DNA of 64,000 nucleotides, taken from the NCBI GenBank assembly GCA_016869645.1, contig VGDO01000001.1, forward strand, positions 73,957-137,956, read 5' to 3'. Both the position numbers and the translations under genes were made by a program. How positions within the stretch are numbered: position 1 is the first letter of the stretch; every line of letters begins with the position of its first letter. The notes under the pieces are model-generated. The model had not been told where the DNA came from and did not search any database. It saw only the letters and a list, made by a program, of their open reading frames with translations. Below are positions 27,451 through 36,484 of the stretch, one piece after another. Source of the DNA: Alphaproteobacteria bacterium. GTDB lineage: Bacteria; Pseudomonadota; Alphaproteobacteria; SHVW01.

Positions 27451-27560
27451 CGCAGCCTCCATGTTGTTGCTTTGTCCTTGGACGCGTCTTCGAACCGAGG
27501 CTGCGCGCGTCCGCGCGAAGCTCGCCGCTGTCCGACCCGACCCCGCAGTCTCACAGGCGG

Positions 27561-27580
27561 TTTGTCGAATGTCGAATATC
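27561..27580 (+). promoter_or_regulatory. Box A1: tandem heptamer TGTCGAA-TGTCGAA (tttgtcgaatgtcgaatatc)
   Basis: 19/19 identical to 32061-32079. Lies about 110 nt upstream of the potD-like gene, in a divergent intergenic region. Confidence 0.6.
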
Positions 27581-27670
27581 TTAGGTCGGCACTTCGCTGG
27601 CGGTCAATCCTGTTTACGCGCGGTGGAAATTCGTGCCCGAGGTTCAATGGCCGCCTTGCGCCGCCTCATG

Positions 27671-27691
27671 ATTTTCGACAATCTACAAACG
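27671..27691 (-). promoter_or_regulatory. Box B1: same motif in opposite orientation (attttcgacaatctacaaacg)
   Basis: The 18-nt core ttcgacaatctacaaacg is identical to 32221-32238. It ends about 85 nt upstream of the Rieske alpha ATG. Confidence 0.6.
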
Positions 27692-27776
27692 TAAAGCCAT
27701 TGGCGCCGCGTTGCGCCGGCACTTGTGCCCGCGCGCCGAGCCGGCTCACCCTAGGCCGGAATTGGTGGAGTCATGC

Positions 27777-29066
27777 ATGCGTGACATCAGCATGAGCGAG
27801 TTGCGCGAACTGGTCCGCGACGACCGGGTCCATCGCCGCGTGTTCCTCGACGCCGACCTGTTCGAGCTCGAAATGCATCGCATCTTCGCGCGCAACTGGA
27901 TCTTCGTCGGCCACGAGAGCCAGGTCGCGAAGCCTGGCGACTTCTTCAGCACGCGGATCGGCCGGCAACCCGTCGTCATGGCGCGCCACACCGACGGCAA
28001 GGTGCGCGTCCTCTACAATCGCTGCGGCCATCGCGGCGCCAAGGTGGTCAACGAGGAGGCCGGCAATGCCAAGCGGTTCCGCTGCCTCTATCACGGCTGG
28101 ATGTATCACACCGATGGAAGGCTGGCGGCGGTGCCGCTGCCCGACGACTATCCCGCCGGATGCGATCTCAAGGATCCCAAGCTCGGCATGATCGAGGTGG
28201 CGCGCGTGGCGAGTTATCGCGGCTTCGTGTTCGCGAGCCTGAGCGCCAAGGTTCCCGACTTGGTCGACTGGCTTGGCGAGGCGAAGCAGGGGCTGGATGA
28301 TGTCGCCGACGGCTCGCCCGAGGGCGAGGTCGAGTTCGCCGGCGGCTGCCATCGCTACGAATATGCCGGCAACTGGAAGCACCAGTACGAGAACCTGACC
28401 GATTGCTACCACACGTTGTCGACCCACGCCTCGACCGTGGCCGATGACGGCCAGCAGTTCCACCGCCGTCCCGGCGAGACCGGCGGCCAGGCCGAATTCA
28501 CCGACAAGGCGGGCGCGCCGGTCATCCTCGACATCGGCGTTTACACCTACCCCAACGGCCACAGCGCGACCGACACGATCATCAAGGAACCGGCCGCCGG
28601 CGGCGTTATGGAGAAATACCGCAAGCAACTGATCAAGAAGCATGGCAAGGAGCGCGCCGAGGAAGTGCTGCGCCAGCCCTACCACAACATGACGATCTTC
28701 CCGACCCTCGACATCCTGTTCGTGCAGAATGTGATTCGCGTGATCATGCCGATCGCGGTCGATCGCACCGAGGTCCGCATCTTTCCGATGCGCTTCAAGG
28801 GCGCGCCCAGGGAGATTTTCGAGAATCACATCAAGTATGTGAACCTGACCCACTCGGCCTCGTCCTTCGTGCAGTCGGACGATCTCGAGGCGTTCCGGCG
28901 CGTTCAGCAGGGGCTGGAGGCTCAAGGCACCGAGTGGAACCTGCTGGCGCGCGGCATCGGCCAGGAGCGCGTCAACAACAAGGGTGTCGGCTATGGCACG
29001 CGATCGAGCGAGCTCGGCCAGCGCCACCAGCACCACGCCTGGCTCGAGGCGATGGTGCGGGACTAG
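27777..29066 (+). CDS. Rieske [2Fe-2S] ring-hydroxylating oxygenase, alpha subunit
   Basis: ATG at 27777 with GGAG 6 nt upstream. Rieske motif CGHRG...CLYHGW. The C-terminal catalytic domain has conserved His/Asp candidates. Confidence 0.85.
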   Translation: MRDISMSELRELVRDDRVHRRVFLDADLFELEMHRIFARNWIFVGHESQVAKPGDFFSTRIGRQPVVMARHTDGKVRVLYNRCGHRGAKVVNEEAGNAKRFRCLYHGWMYHTDGRLAAVPLPDDYPAGCDLKDPKLGMIEVARVASYRGFVFASLSAKVPDLVDWLGEAKQGLDDVADGSPEGEVEFAGGCHRYEYAGNWKHQYENLTDCYHTLSTHASTVADDGQQFHRRPGETGGQAEFTDKAGAPVILDIGVYTYPNGHSATDTIIKEPAAGGVMEKYRKQLIKKHGKERAEEVLRQPYHNMTIFPTLDILFVQNVIRVIMPIAVDRTEVRIFPMRFKGAPREIFENHIKYVNLTHSASSFVQSDDLEAFRRVQQGLEAQGTEWNLLARGIGQERVNNKGVGYGTRSSELGQRHQHHAWLEAMVRD

Positions 29067-29072
29067 CTGGCG

Positions 29073-29876
29073 CTAGCTTCTGACGAAGCCGAACAGGCGC
29101 TCGAGCCCGATCAGCCGGTCGAGCAGCAGCATCAGCAGCAGCGAGCCGTAGATCATGATCGCGGAGATCGCCATGATGTTGGGCGAGTAGCTGTATTCGA
29201 GCGTGGTCAGGATCCGGACTGGCAAGGTCTGATCGTCGCCCCGCCCGACCAGCAGGGCCACCGGGACGTCGTCGAGCGACAGCAGCAGCGCGAAGATGGC
29301 ACCTGACGTGATTCCTGGCATCAGAGCCGGCATGGTCACCTTGAAGAAGACCTGGCGCGGTGTGGCGCCGAGATTGAGCGCGGCCTCTTCGAGGCTGCCA
29401 TCGAAATGGGCATGGCCCGCCAGCACGGCGCGGACCACGAAGGGCAAGGCCAGCGCGATATGGCCCGCGATGATGGCGTAGGCCGTGCCCGTCGGGTTGA
29501 AGCCGAACCAGTCCCACATCTGGATGCCGAACTGGAAGATCGCCACACCGATGACGAGCGGCGGCACCATGAGCGGCGACAGGCAGAACGCGCTGAACGC
29601 GGCCCGTCCCGGCCCGCGCCAGCGCGCGATCCGGATGGCGAGCCCCGTGCCGAGCACGGTCGACACGACCGCGGTCGGGATCGCGATGTAGAGGCTGAGC
29701 CGCAGCGACTCCCAGTACTGCGGCGGGATCTTGTTGTACCAGTCGAGCGTAAAGGCGCGCGGCGGGAAGGCGAGCGTCGCCGTTGCGCTGAATGAGCTCA
29801 TCACGACATAGAACACCGGCAGCAGCAGGAAGACGAAGACGATCGTGACGGCGGCGCGAAGCGACCAGCGGCCCAT
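29073..29876 (-). CDS. ABC transporter permease (PotC-like)
   Basis: ATG at 29876 (MGRWSLRAAVTIVFVFLLLPVFYVV), overlapping the upstream TGA (ATGA). EAALNLGATPRQVFFKVTMP loop. Confidence 0.85.
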   Translation of the reverse strand: MGRWSLRAAVTIVFVFLLLPVFYVVMSSFSATATLAFPPRAFTLDWYNKIPPQYWESLRLSLYIAIPTAVVSTVLGTGLAIRIARWRGPGRAAFSAFCLSPLMVPPLVIGVAIFQFGIQMWDWFGFNPTGTAYAIIAGHIALALPFVVRAVLAGHAHFDGSLEEAALNLGATPRQVFFKVTMPALMPGITSGAIFALLLSLDDVPVALLVGRGDDQTLPVRILTTLEYSYSPNIMAISAIMIYGSLLLMLLLDRLIGLERLFGFVRS

Positions 29877-30820
29877 CAGCGCGCCTCCTCCGACCGGCTG
29901 AGCGAGGCCAGCGTCAGGATGATGGCGGTCAGCAGCAGGATGGCGGCGGCGGTGGCGCCCCAGGCGTATTGCAGCGCATGGCGCATCTGCTGCTCGATAT
30001 AGATCGGCAGCACGATGACGCGTCGCCCGCCGAGTAGCGCCGGCGTGGTGAAGGCGCTGATCGACGCGGTCAGCACGATGAGATAGCCGCCGAGCAGACC
30101 CGGCCGGCTCAACGGCAGGATGACGCGGCTGAAGGTCTGCCACGGCGTGGCGCCGAGATTGAGCGCGGCTTCCTCCACGGTGTGGTCGATGCGCTGGATC
30201 ACCGCGATCAGGGTCAAAATCATATAGGGCAGCAGCGAGTGGGTGAGTCCGATGGCGACGCCGGTGAAGTTGTTGAGCAGGCGCAGCGGCTGATCCACCA
30301 CGCCGAGCGCCAGCAGCGTCCAATTGACGAAGCCGTTTGTGCTGAGCATGGGGACCCAGCCGAGGTTGCGGATCACCACGCTGATCAGCAGCGGAGCCAC
30401 GACCAGGAAAATGAAGAAGCCGCGGTAGCGGCTGCGCGTGCGCGCCAGGAAATAGGCGACCGGATAGGCGAGGATGACGCAGGCCGTCACCACCACGCAA
30501 CCCAGCACCAGCGTGTCGAACAGGACTCGGAAATAGAACCAGTCCGTGAAGAACCTGATGTAGTTGTCGAGCGTGAAGCCCGGCGCGATGCGGGCACGGC
30601 CGGCATCCTTGAGGAAGCTCTTGGACGCGAGCACGGCGACGGGGACCGCGAAGATCGCGGCCAGCACCAGCACGCCCGGCAGCGAGAGGATGCCCCAGCG
30701 CAGTTGCAGCGGGTCGCGCGCGCTATCGTCACCGGCCGGGCGGCCGCGGCCAGCCAACCGCCCGATCAAGCGCCCGAACGCGCTTGTCCTGCCCTCAATT
30801 GCGTCGGCTCCGATCGTCAC
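29876..30820 (-). CDS. ABC transporter permease (PotB-like)
   Basis: GTG at 30820 overlaps the stop of the upstream SnoaL-like gene (GTGA). EEAALNLGATPWQTFSRVILP loop. The N-terminal 230 aa of track ORF 29876..31537 are out-of-frame overlap with other genes. Confidence 0.8.
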   Translation of the reverse strand: MTIGADAIEGRTSAFGRLIGRLAGRGRPAGDDSARDPLQLRWGILSLPGVLVLAAIFAVPVAVLASKSFLKDAGRARIAPGFTLDNYIRFFTDWFYFRVLFDTLVLGCVVVTACVILAYPVAYFLARTRSRYRGFFIFLVVAPLLISVVIRNLGWVPMLSTNGFVNWTLLALGVVDQPLRLLNNFTGVAIGLTHSLLPYMILTLIAVIQRIDHTVEEAALNLGATPWQTFSRVILPLSRPGLLGGYLIVLTASISAFTTPALLGGRRVIVLPIYIEQQMRHALQYAWGATAAAILLLTAIILTLASLSRSEEAR

Positions 30821-31221
30821 TGCAGCTTCTCTCGGCTCTTCCAGTAGGTATCCTTCACCTTGATCTTGCCCTTGGCAAACTCGTAGATATCGCAACCCAG
30901 CGCCTCGATCCTCTCGCCCGTGGGCGCGGTCGCGACCACGCGCCATTCCGACACCGCGCGATTGCCGACGAACCAGTTCTTGTCGTCGAGCCACTGCATG
31001 TCCGGGATCGCCTTGAAGCGCTTGGTGAGGAAGTTGCGGATCTGCTGTTTGCCGACCAGGCGCTCGCCGAAGTGGTTCGTGCCGCGCGCGGTCTGGAACA
31101 CGCCATCCTCGGCGAAGAAGCCGACGATGGCCTCGACGTCGTGCCGGTTGAACGCATCCATGATGTTCGTCATCAGCTCGTCGGTCACATCGGCCGCAGC
31201 CTTGTCCATCGCTTTCATCAT
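30817..31221 (-). CDS. SnoaL-like (NTF2-fold) protein, paralog of 38370..38777
   Basis: 134 aa with AFNRHDVEAIVGFFAEDGVF ... GNRAVSEWRV ... GCDIYEFAKGKIKVKDTYWK. GGAGG upstream. The second ATG (31218) may be the true start. Confidence 0.75.
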   Translation of the reverse strand: MMKAMDKAAADVTDELMTNIMDAFNRHDVEAIVGFFAEDGVFQTARGTNHFGERLVGKQQIRNFLTKRFKAIPDMQWLDDKNWFVGNRAVSEWRVVATAPTGERIEALGCDIYEFAKGKIKVKDTYWKSREKLQ

Positions 31222-31346
31222 TGCCTCCGGTTAATGGTGATGCGCCGCGACCCGGCGGATGGTCGCGCTCGACCTTCCGCCGACAATCATTTGGCCGGGG
31301 CGGCGGATCGGCGAGAATCGTGATTGAGACTGGCGGCCCGCTCGGG

Positions 31347-32045
31347 TCAGCGCTTGCCGCTGGTGGCACCCTGCCGGCGCAGCGACGCCAGCAGACGATC
31401 GCAGGTGTGCTGGCAATGCTCGCGCGCCAGCCGGGCCGCGAGCTCGGCGTCGCCCGCCTCGAAGGCCTGCACGATGCTGCGATGGTCCTTCTGCGCCTCG
31501 CCGATGTTCTGGGCGATGGCCGCATCGAGCCTGACATATTGCTCGACCACGTCGCGCAGATTGCCGGCGACCTGGCAGAGATGCTTCTGGCCGGTCGCGC
31601 GATGGATCGCGGAGTGGAATTCGCGATTGAGCGCCGCCCATTTGGCGATGTTGCCCGGGCTGTCCATCAGCACCTGGTCCATGGCGTCGAACAGGCCCTT
31701 GACCGTCGCGATGTCCTCCGGCGTGCGCCGCTGCGTCGCCAGCCGCGCCGCGTATTCCTCGAGCATCATGCGGATGTGGAAGATCGACTCGATCTCGTCC
31801 GTCTCGAGCGAGGCGACCACATAGCCGCGCCGCGGGCGCAGCACGACCAGACCCTCGCGCTCGAGCTGGTTGAGCGCCTCGCGCACCGGCGCGCGGCTGA
31901 CGCCGAGGTGGCTGGCGATCTCTTCTTGCTTGAGCGACTGCCCCGGCGCGAAGGCGCCGGAAAGAATGCCGTCCTTGAGATAGTCGTGGACCATCTCCGG
32001 CACGCTCCTGACCGAGGCCGAGTTCAGTGGGTTCAGGGCCAACAT
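31347..32045 (-). CDS. GntR-family transcriptional regulator, FadR/FCD subfamily
   Basis: N-terminal wHTH LKQEEIASHLGVSRAPVREALNQLEREGLVVLRPRRGYVV, followed by a helical FCD-like C-terminal domain. Confidence 0.9.
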   Translation of the reverse strand: MLALNPLNSASVRSVPEMVHDYLKDGILSGAFAPGQSLKQEEIASHLGVSRAPVREALNQLEREGLVVLRPRRGYVVASLETDEIESIFHIRMMLEEYAARLATQRRTPEDIATVKGLFDAMDQVLMDSPGNIAKWAALNREFHSAIHRATGQKHLCQVAGNLRDVVEQYVRLDAAIAQNIGEAQKDHRSIVQAFEAGDAELAARLAREHCQHTCDRLLASLRRQGATSGKR

Positions 32046-32060
32046 GATCGTTCCGCTTGC

Positions 32061-32080
32061 TTTGTCGAATGTCGAATATT
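32061..32080 (+). promoter_or_regulatory. Box A2: tandem heptamer TGTCGAA-TGTCGAA (tttgtcgaatgtcgaatatt)
   Basis: Begins 16 nt upstream of the GntR start codon (32045). Identical to Box A1 over 19 nt. Confidence 0.6.
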
Positions 32081-32193
32081 GTATTGCGATTTGCTAGCGG
32101 GGTCAACCGCGCAACCCTGGCGCACCCAGCCCGGGCGCGATAATACATATAAATACGTGACGCTTGAACCAAGCTCTCGCGCCTCTTAGTGGT

Positions 32194-32222
32194 TTGACAA
32201 CGCGGCGGTTTCATCAAATATT
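32194..32222 (+). promoter_or_regulatory. candidate sigma70-type promoter: TTGACA-17 nt-AATATT
   Basis: TTGACA at 32194-32199, 17-nt spacer, AATATT at 32217-32222. The -10 element overlaps Box B2. It lies about 60 nt upstream of the Rieske beta ATG (32283). Confidence 0.35.
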
Positions 32223-32238
32223 CGACAATCTACAAACG
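32218..32238 (-). promoter_or_regulatory. Box B2: atattcgacaatctacaaacg
   Basis: 18-nt core identical to Box B1. Opposite orientation to Box A2, which lies about 158 bp away. Confidence 0.6.
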
Positions 32239-32282
32239 ACGTCAATGACCGTGAACACCAGCCATCGGCCGCAGACGCCGCA

Positions 32283-32816
32283 ATGAACTCATCCGCACGG
32301 AAGACCGGCCGACCAAAACCGGCCAGCGCCGCACTGCGCAAGCTGCGCGACGAGCTGGCCGAATTCGTCCGCCATGAAGTGCAGCTGCTCGACGAGCGCC
32401 GATACGACGAGTGGGCATCACTTTTCGCCGCCGACGGTGTCTACTGGGTGCCCGCGCAGCTCGACCAGGCGAGCCCGACGACCCATGTCTCACTCTTCTA
32501 TGACGATCGGGCGACCATCCAGACCCGCGTCACCCGGCTGCGTCATCCGCAGATCCACGTTCAGACGCCGCACTCGCGGACCATCCACACCGTGTCGAAC
32601 TTTCGCACTCCGACCCGCGATCGCGCCAGTGGACTCACGACGATCGAGTCGAACTTTCTCATGCTGGAATATCGCCCGGGCTGGCCGCAGCAATTGTTTG
32701 GTGGCCGCTATCGCCACACGCTGCGGCGGACGAAGGGCGGCTATGAGATCGTCATGAAACGGGTCGATCTGGTCAATTGCGACGGCACCTTCCCCGCGCT
32801 CTCCGTCCCGTTCTAG
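32283..32816 (+). CDS. ring-hydroxylating dioxygenase beta subunit (NTF2-fold)
   Basis: 177 aa. LLDERRYDEWASLFAADGVYWVP ... SLFYDDRATIQTRVTRL ... is typical of RHD small subunits. Confidence 0.75.
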   Translation: MNSSARKTGRPKPASAALRKLRDELAEFVRHEVQLLDERRYDEWASLFAADGVYWVPAQLDQASPTTHVSLFYDDRATIQTRVTRLRHPQIHVQTPHSRTIHTVSNFRTPTRDRASGLTTIESNFLMLEYRPGWPQQLFGGRYRHTLRRTKGGYEIVMKRVDLVNCDGTFPALSVPF

Positions 32817-32930
32817 GTATGGCGATCCCCCGGCGCGCCGCTCGAATTCTTTGCATGGCCACCGATCGCCGTCACAATGCCGGCTACGGCAGTCCACACC
32901 TAAAACAGCATAACGACACGGTCGGGGGAC

Positions 32931-34019
32931 ATGTCTGAGGTCCGGCTGAACAAGGTCAGCAAACGGTACGGCGACTATGTCGCGGTTGCCGGCATCGACC
33001 TGACCGTACGCAACGGCGAGTTCCTCACCCTGCTGGGGCCGAGCGGCTGCGGCAAGACCACGACCTTGCGCATGATCGCCGGCTTCATCCAGCCCGACCA
33101 GGGCACCATCCATATCGGCGATACCGATGTCAGCCGCGTGCCGTCCTACCGCCGCAACACAGGCATGGTGTTCCAGTCCTATGCGCTCTTCCCGCATCTG
33201 ACCGTCGCGGAGAACGTCGCGTTCGGCCTGCGGATTCGCCGCATGGCCGACGTCGAAGTACGCCAGCGTGTGCGTGAGATCCTTCAGCTCGTCAAGCTGG
33301 ACCACTTGGCCGAGCGCGGACCGCGCCAGCTGTCGGGCGGCCAACAGCAGCGCGTGGCGCTGGCCCGCGCGGTCGTCATCCGGCCCGAGATCCTGCTGCT
33401 CGACGAACCGCTCGGCGCCCTCGACCTCAAGCTCCGGCAGGAGCTGCAGATCGAGATCAAGCGCGTTCAGCAGACGCTCGGCATCACGACGCTCTACGTG
33501 ACCCACGATCAGGGCGAGGCGCTCAGCCTGTCCGATCGCATTGCGGTCATGCAGGGCGGTCACGTCCTGCAACTCGACAAGCCGATTGCCCTCTACGAGC
33601 AGCCGAACAGCGCCTTCGTCGCGAATTTCATCGGGCAGACCAACATGATCGACGTCACGGTCGTCGGCTACGACGCCGGCGGCGGCTCCACGGAGGTACG
33701 CGCGGTTGGCGATCCGTCGCTCACCTTCCAGGTTAAGGAACGAAGCGGTGCGCCAAAATTCGCGCCGGGCACCTCTTGCATTCTCGGCTTCCGCCCCGAG
33801 CGCGGCACGTTCAATGCGGACCTGCCGAACCGTTTGCGTGCGCGCGTGGAGAAGTCGACCTACTACGGCTCGGCGTGGTCCGTGTCGCTCGCAAGTCCGC
33901 TGGTCAGCGGCCTGTCGATCGAGGACAAGGGCAGCCACGGGATTCCCGCCGACGGCGCCGAGATCGACGTCACCTGGTCGGCCGCCGACAGCTTCCTCTT
34001 GCCAAAACAGACGGCCTGA
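32931..34019 (+). CDS. ABC transporter ATP-binding protein (PotA-like, with C-terminal TOBE-type domain)
   Basis: Walker A GPSGCGKTT, signature LSGGQQQRVALARA, Walker B LLLDEP. 362 aa. Confidence 0.9.
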   Translation: MSEVRLNKVSKRYGDYVAVAGIDLTVRNGEFLTLLGPSGCGKTTTLRMIAGFIQPDQGTIHIGDTDVSRVPSYRRNTGMVFQSYALFPHLTVAENVAFGLRIRRMADVEVRQRVREILQLVKLDHLAERGPRQLSGGQQQRVALARAVVIRPEILLLDEPLGALDLKLRQELQIEIKRVQQTLGITTLYVTHDQGEALSLSDRIAVMQGGHVLQLDKPIALYEQPNSAFVANFIGQTNMIDVTVVGYDAGGGSTEVRAVGDPSLTFQVKERSGAPKFAPGTSCILGFRPERGTFNADLPNRLRARVEKSTYYGSAWSVSLASPLVSGLSIEDKGSHGIPADGAEIDVTWSAADSFLLPKQTA

Positions 34020-34023
34020 TTGT

Positions 34024-34830
34024 TCAGGCTTCGTGCTTCATCAGGAAGCCGAGGCTGATGCTGATGAACTCGTCCGGGCATTGGTAGGGCGTGAAATGTC
34101 CGCCACCGTCGATGAAGACGAGCTCCGATCCCTTGATGTTCTCGTGCAGGTAGCGCGACTGCGAGGGTAGTGTCGCCCTGTCCATGCTGCCGACCGTGAT
34201 CAGGGTCGGTGTCTTGATCGCGCCGAGGCGCCCGCGCGTGTCATGCAGCATGACCGCCCGCCCGTGGCCTTGCGCGCCCTTGGGTGTGAGTGGATATGGG
34301 TTGGCGCTCGAGCGCTGGATGAACTCCTCGACCCGTTCGGGATGCGCGTTGGCAAATTCCGGGCTGAAGAAACTGACCACGCGCGTGCCCCAGTTGAGCA
34401 CGGGATCGCCCGATGCAATCGCGCGCGTGCGCACGTCGATCCAGCGCTGCATGTGGGCGCACGGCCCGCCCTCCCAGGTCGAATGGAGCGACAGGCTCTT
34501 CAGCCGGTCGGGATGCGCGATCGCCAGCTCCTGTCCGATCGCGCCGCCCAGCGAGAAGCCGCTGAAATGGACCTTGCGTGCACCCAGATGATCCATCAGC
34601 GCGATCATGTCCTGGACCAGATCCTTGGGGCCGTAGCCCGGCTCCGGCACGTCGCTGCGACCGCAGCCGCGCAAATCGACCGCGCAGACATGGAAATGGC
34701 GCGCATAGGTCGGGATCACGTCGATCCACGAACTCGAGTCCTGGGCGAAGCCATGCACCAGGATCAGCGGCGTGCCCTTGCCGGCTTCCTCATAGTGAAG
34801 CTTCACGCCGTTGGCGCTGTAGGTCGGCAT
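34024..34830 (-). CDS. alpha/beta-fold hydrolase
   Basis: LILVHGFAQDSSSW and the nucleophile elbow GFSLGG. 268 aa. Confidence 0.85.
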   Translation of the reverse strand: MPTYSANGVKLHYEEAGKGTPLILVHGFAQDSSSWIDVIPTYARHFHVCAVDLRGCGRSDVPEPGYGPKDLVQDMIALMDHLGARKVHFSGFSLGGAIGQELAIAHPDRLKSLSLHSTWEGGPCAHMQRWIDVRTRAIASGDPVLNWGTRVVSFFSPEFANAHPERVEEFIQRSSANPYPLTPKGAQGHGRAVMLHDTRGRLGAIKTPTLITVGSMDRATLPSQSRYLHENIKGSELVFIDGGGHFTPYQCPDEFISISLGFLMKHEA

Positions 34831-34922
34831 GTCCGCCTTTCCTGATTGTCACGGGCTCAGATGAAAACGGGCCGCCGGTTCCGGCCGACGGCACGCTCTT
34901 GGTCGATCTCCGAACGATGCCG

Positions 34923-36323
34923 CTATTCCGCCGCCTTGGGCGTCGGCTGCTGCATCCAGCGCGGCTTGCTCTTGGCGTGCTTGCGCACATAGTCCTGGTC
35001 GGGCAGGCGCGGATCGGACCAGATGACCAGCGGCTTCTCCCAGGGATAGATCCGGGGCTGCGGCAGTGGCGTGGTCGTGTCGATGATCTCGCCATCCTTG
35101 ATGATCACCTCGAGGCGCTGCGGATCCTGCAGCACTTGGATGTCGGCGAGCGGGTCGCCATTGACCACCAGAATGTCCGCGAGCTTGCCCTCTTCCAGCG
35201 TGCCAAGCTGGCCCTGCATGCCCAAGCCGAAGGCGGCATTGATGGTGCCCGCGCGGATCGCCTCCATCGCCGACATGCCGAGATAGTGCATCATGTGCTC
35301 CATCTCGCGCGCGTGCCATGCGCCATAGGGAACGGCGACCTGGCCGCTGTCGGTGCCGGCCATCATCATGACGCCCGCTTTGTGCGCCTTGCTGAGGATC
35401 TTGCTCGCGGCATCGACCTCGCGCTTGTAGCCCTCGGTGATCGCCGGATGCTGGCCGAGCTCCGGGCCCCACTCGATCGAGTTGACGAGCAGGCTGAGCG
35501 TCGGGTTGATCGGCGTCTTGCAGTCGATGACGACGCCGAGATCCTCGTCGCTCATGTAGGAGGCATGGATCACCCAGTCGAAGCCGGCCTTGGCCGCGGC
35601 CGCCGTCTTCTCGCCCGACCGCGCATGGATCGTGCACTTTTTCTTCATCAGGTGGGTGATCTCGGCGATCGCCTTCAGATCGTCGAGCGTGATGCTGCCG
35701 ACCAGGTCCATGCCGGCCTGGGTCGAGGTGTCGCCGTCACCCGACACCTTGACGATGTCGACGCCGTTCTTGATGGCGGTGCGCGTTTCGCGGATCATCT
35801 CGTCGCGCGTGTTGCAGATCACCGCGAAAGACGACGGCGGATGCTCGAGATGCGCCGGGAAGAACGAACCGGTGCTGTTCCAGGTCGAGATGTAACGGCT
35901 GCCGGCTGCGATGCGCGGGCCTTCGATCAGCCCGGCATTGATCGCGTCGCGCAGCGCGACATTGATGTTCCAATTGCCGCCCGGGCACACCATGGAGGTC
36001 ACGCCGGCGCGCAGCACCTTGCGGCAGGCGAGTGCGGCGCGCAGCGTGCGGTACTCGCAGCTGGCATAGATGTCGAGCTCCTCGATCGAGATGATGTCGC
36101 CGTAGCTCGGATGCACATGGGCGTCGATCATGCCAGGCATGATCGTGCGGCCCGCGGCGTTGATCGTCTTGTGCGGGCCCTGGCTCTGAACGAAGCGCTT
36201 CATCTCGTCGGCCGGGCCGATCTTGGCGATCCGGTTGTCCTTGACGAACACCGAGGTGCGCGGCTTGGGCTTGGTGCCGGTCGCATCGAGCAGCGTGCCG
36301 TTCTCGATCAGGTAGACGCCCAT
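34923..36323 (-). CDS. metal-dependent amidohydrolase (amidohydrolase_1 superfamily)
   Basis: MPGMIDAHVHPSYGD (HxH) near the N-terminus. 466 aa. GGGAG SD upstream of the ATG at 36323. Confidence 0.85.
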   Translation of the reverse strand: MGVYLIENGTLLDATGTKPKPRTSVFVKDNRIAKIGPADEMKRFVQSQGPHKTINAAGRTIMPGMIDAHVHPSYGDIISIEELDIYASCEYRTLRAALACRKVLRAGVTSMVCPGGNWNINVALRDAINAGLIEGPRIAAGSRYISTWNSTGSFFPAHLEHPPSSFAVICNTRDEMIRETRTAIKNGVDIVKVSGDGDTSTQAGMDLVGSITLDDLKAIAEITHLMKKKCTIHARSGEKTAAAAKAGFDWVIHASYMSDEDLGVVIDCKTPINPTLSLLVNSIEWGPELGQHPAITEGYKREVDAASKILSKAHKAGVMMMAGTDSGQVAVPYGAWHAREMEHMMHYLGMSAMEAIRAGTINAAFGLGMQGQLGTLEEGKLADILVVNGDPLADIQVLQDPQRLEVIIKDGEIIDTTTPLPQPRIYPWEKPLVIWSDPRLPDQDYVRKHAKSKPRWMQQPTPKAAE

Positions 36324-36410
36324 CTCAGCTCTCCCGTGGTTCTTGACGGCCTTCGGACGCGCTCGTGACAGTGGTCAGGCTGCGACGATCGCGTTGACTT
36401 CAAAGTGCCG

Positions 36411-36426
36411 ATTGCCGACAATCGTA
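36411..36426 (-). promoter_or_regulatory. degenerate box-like sequence attgccgacaatcgta
   Basis: Shares only the 9-mer CGACAATCG with the boxes. The same 9-mer also occurs inside a CDS at 2825-2833, so this is weak. Confidence 0.2.
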
Positions 36427-36484
36427 TCCAATCGTCGGAATCGAGTCAAACGGGCGCGCCGTCCTCGGAGCGCCAGGAGGAAGC

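Noticed and set aside
27561-27691. The inverted box pairs (27561-27691 and 32061-32238) could be terminal inverted repeats of a MITE-like mobile element.
   Set aside because: The sequences between the boxes are unrelated and of different length (about 90 vs 137 nt). I see no target-site duplication. Single boxes also occur alone at 38283 and 43842. An operator interpretation fits better.
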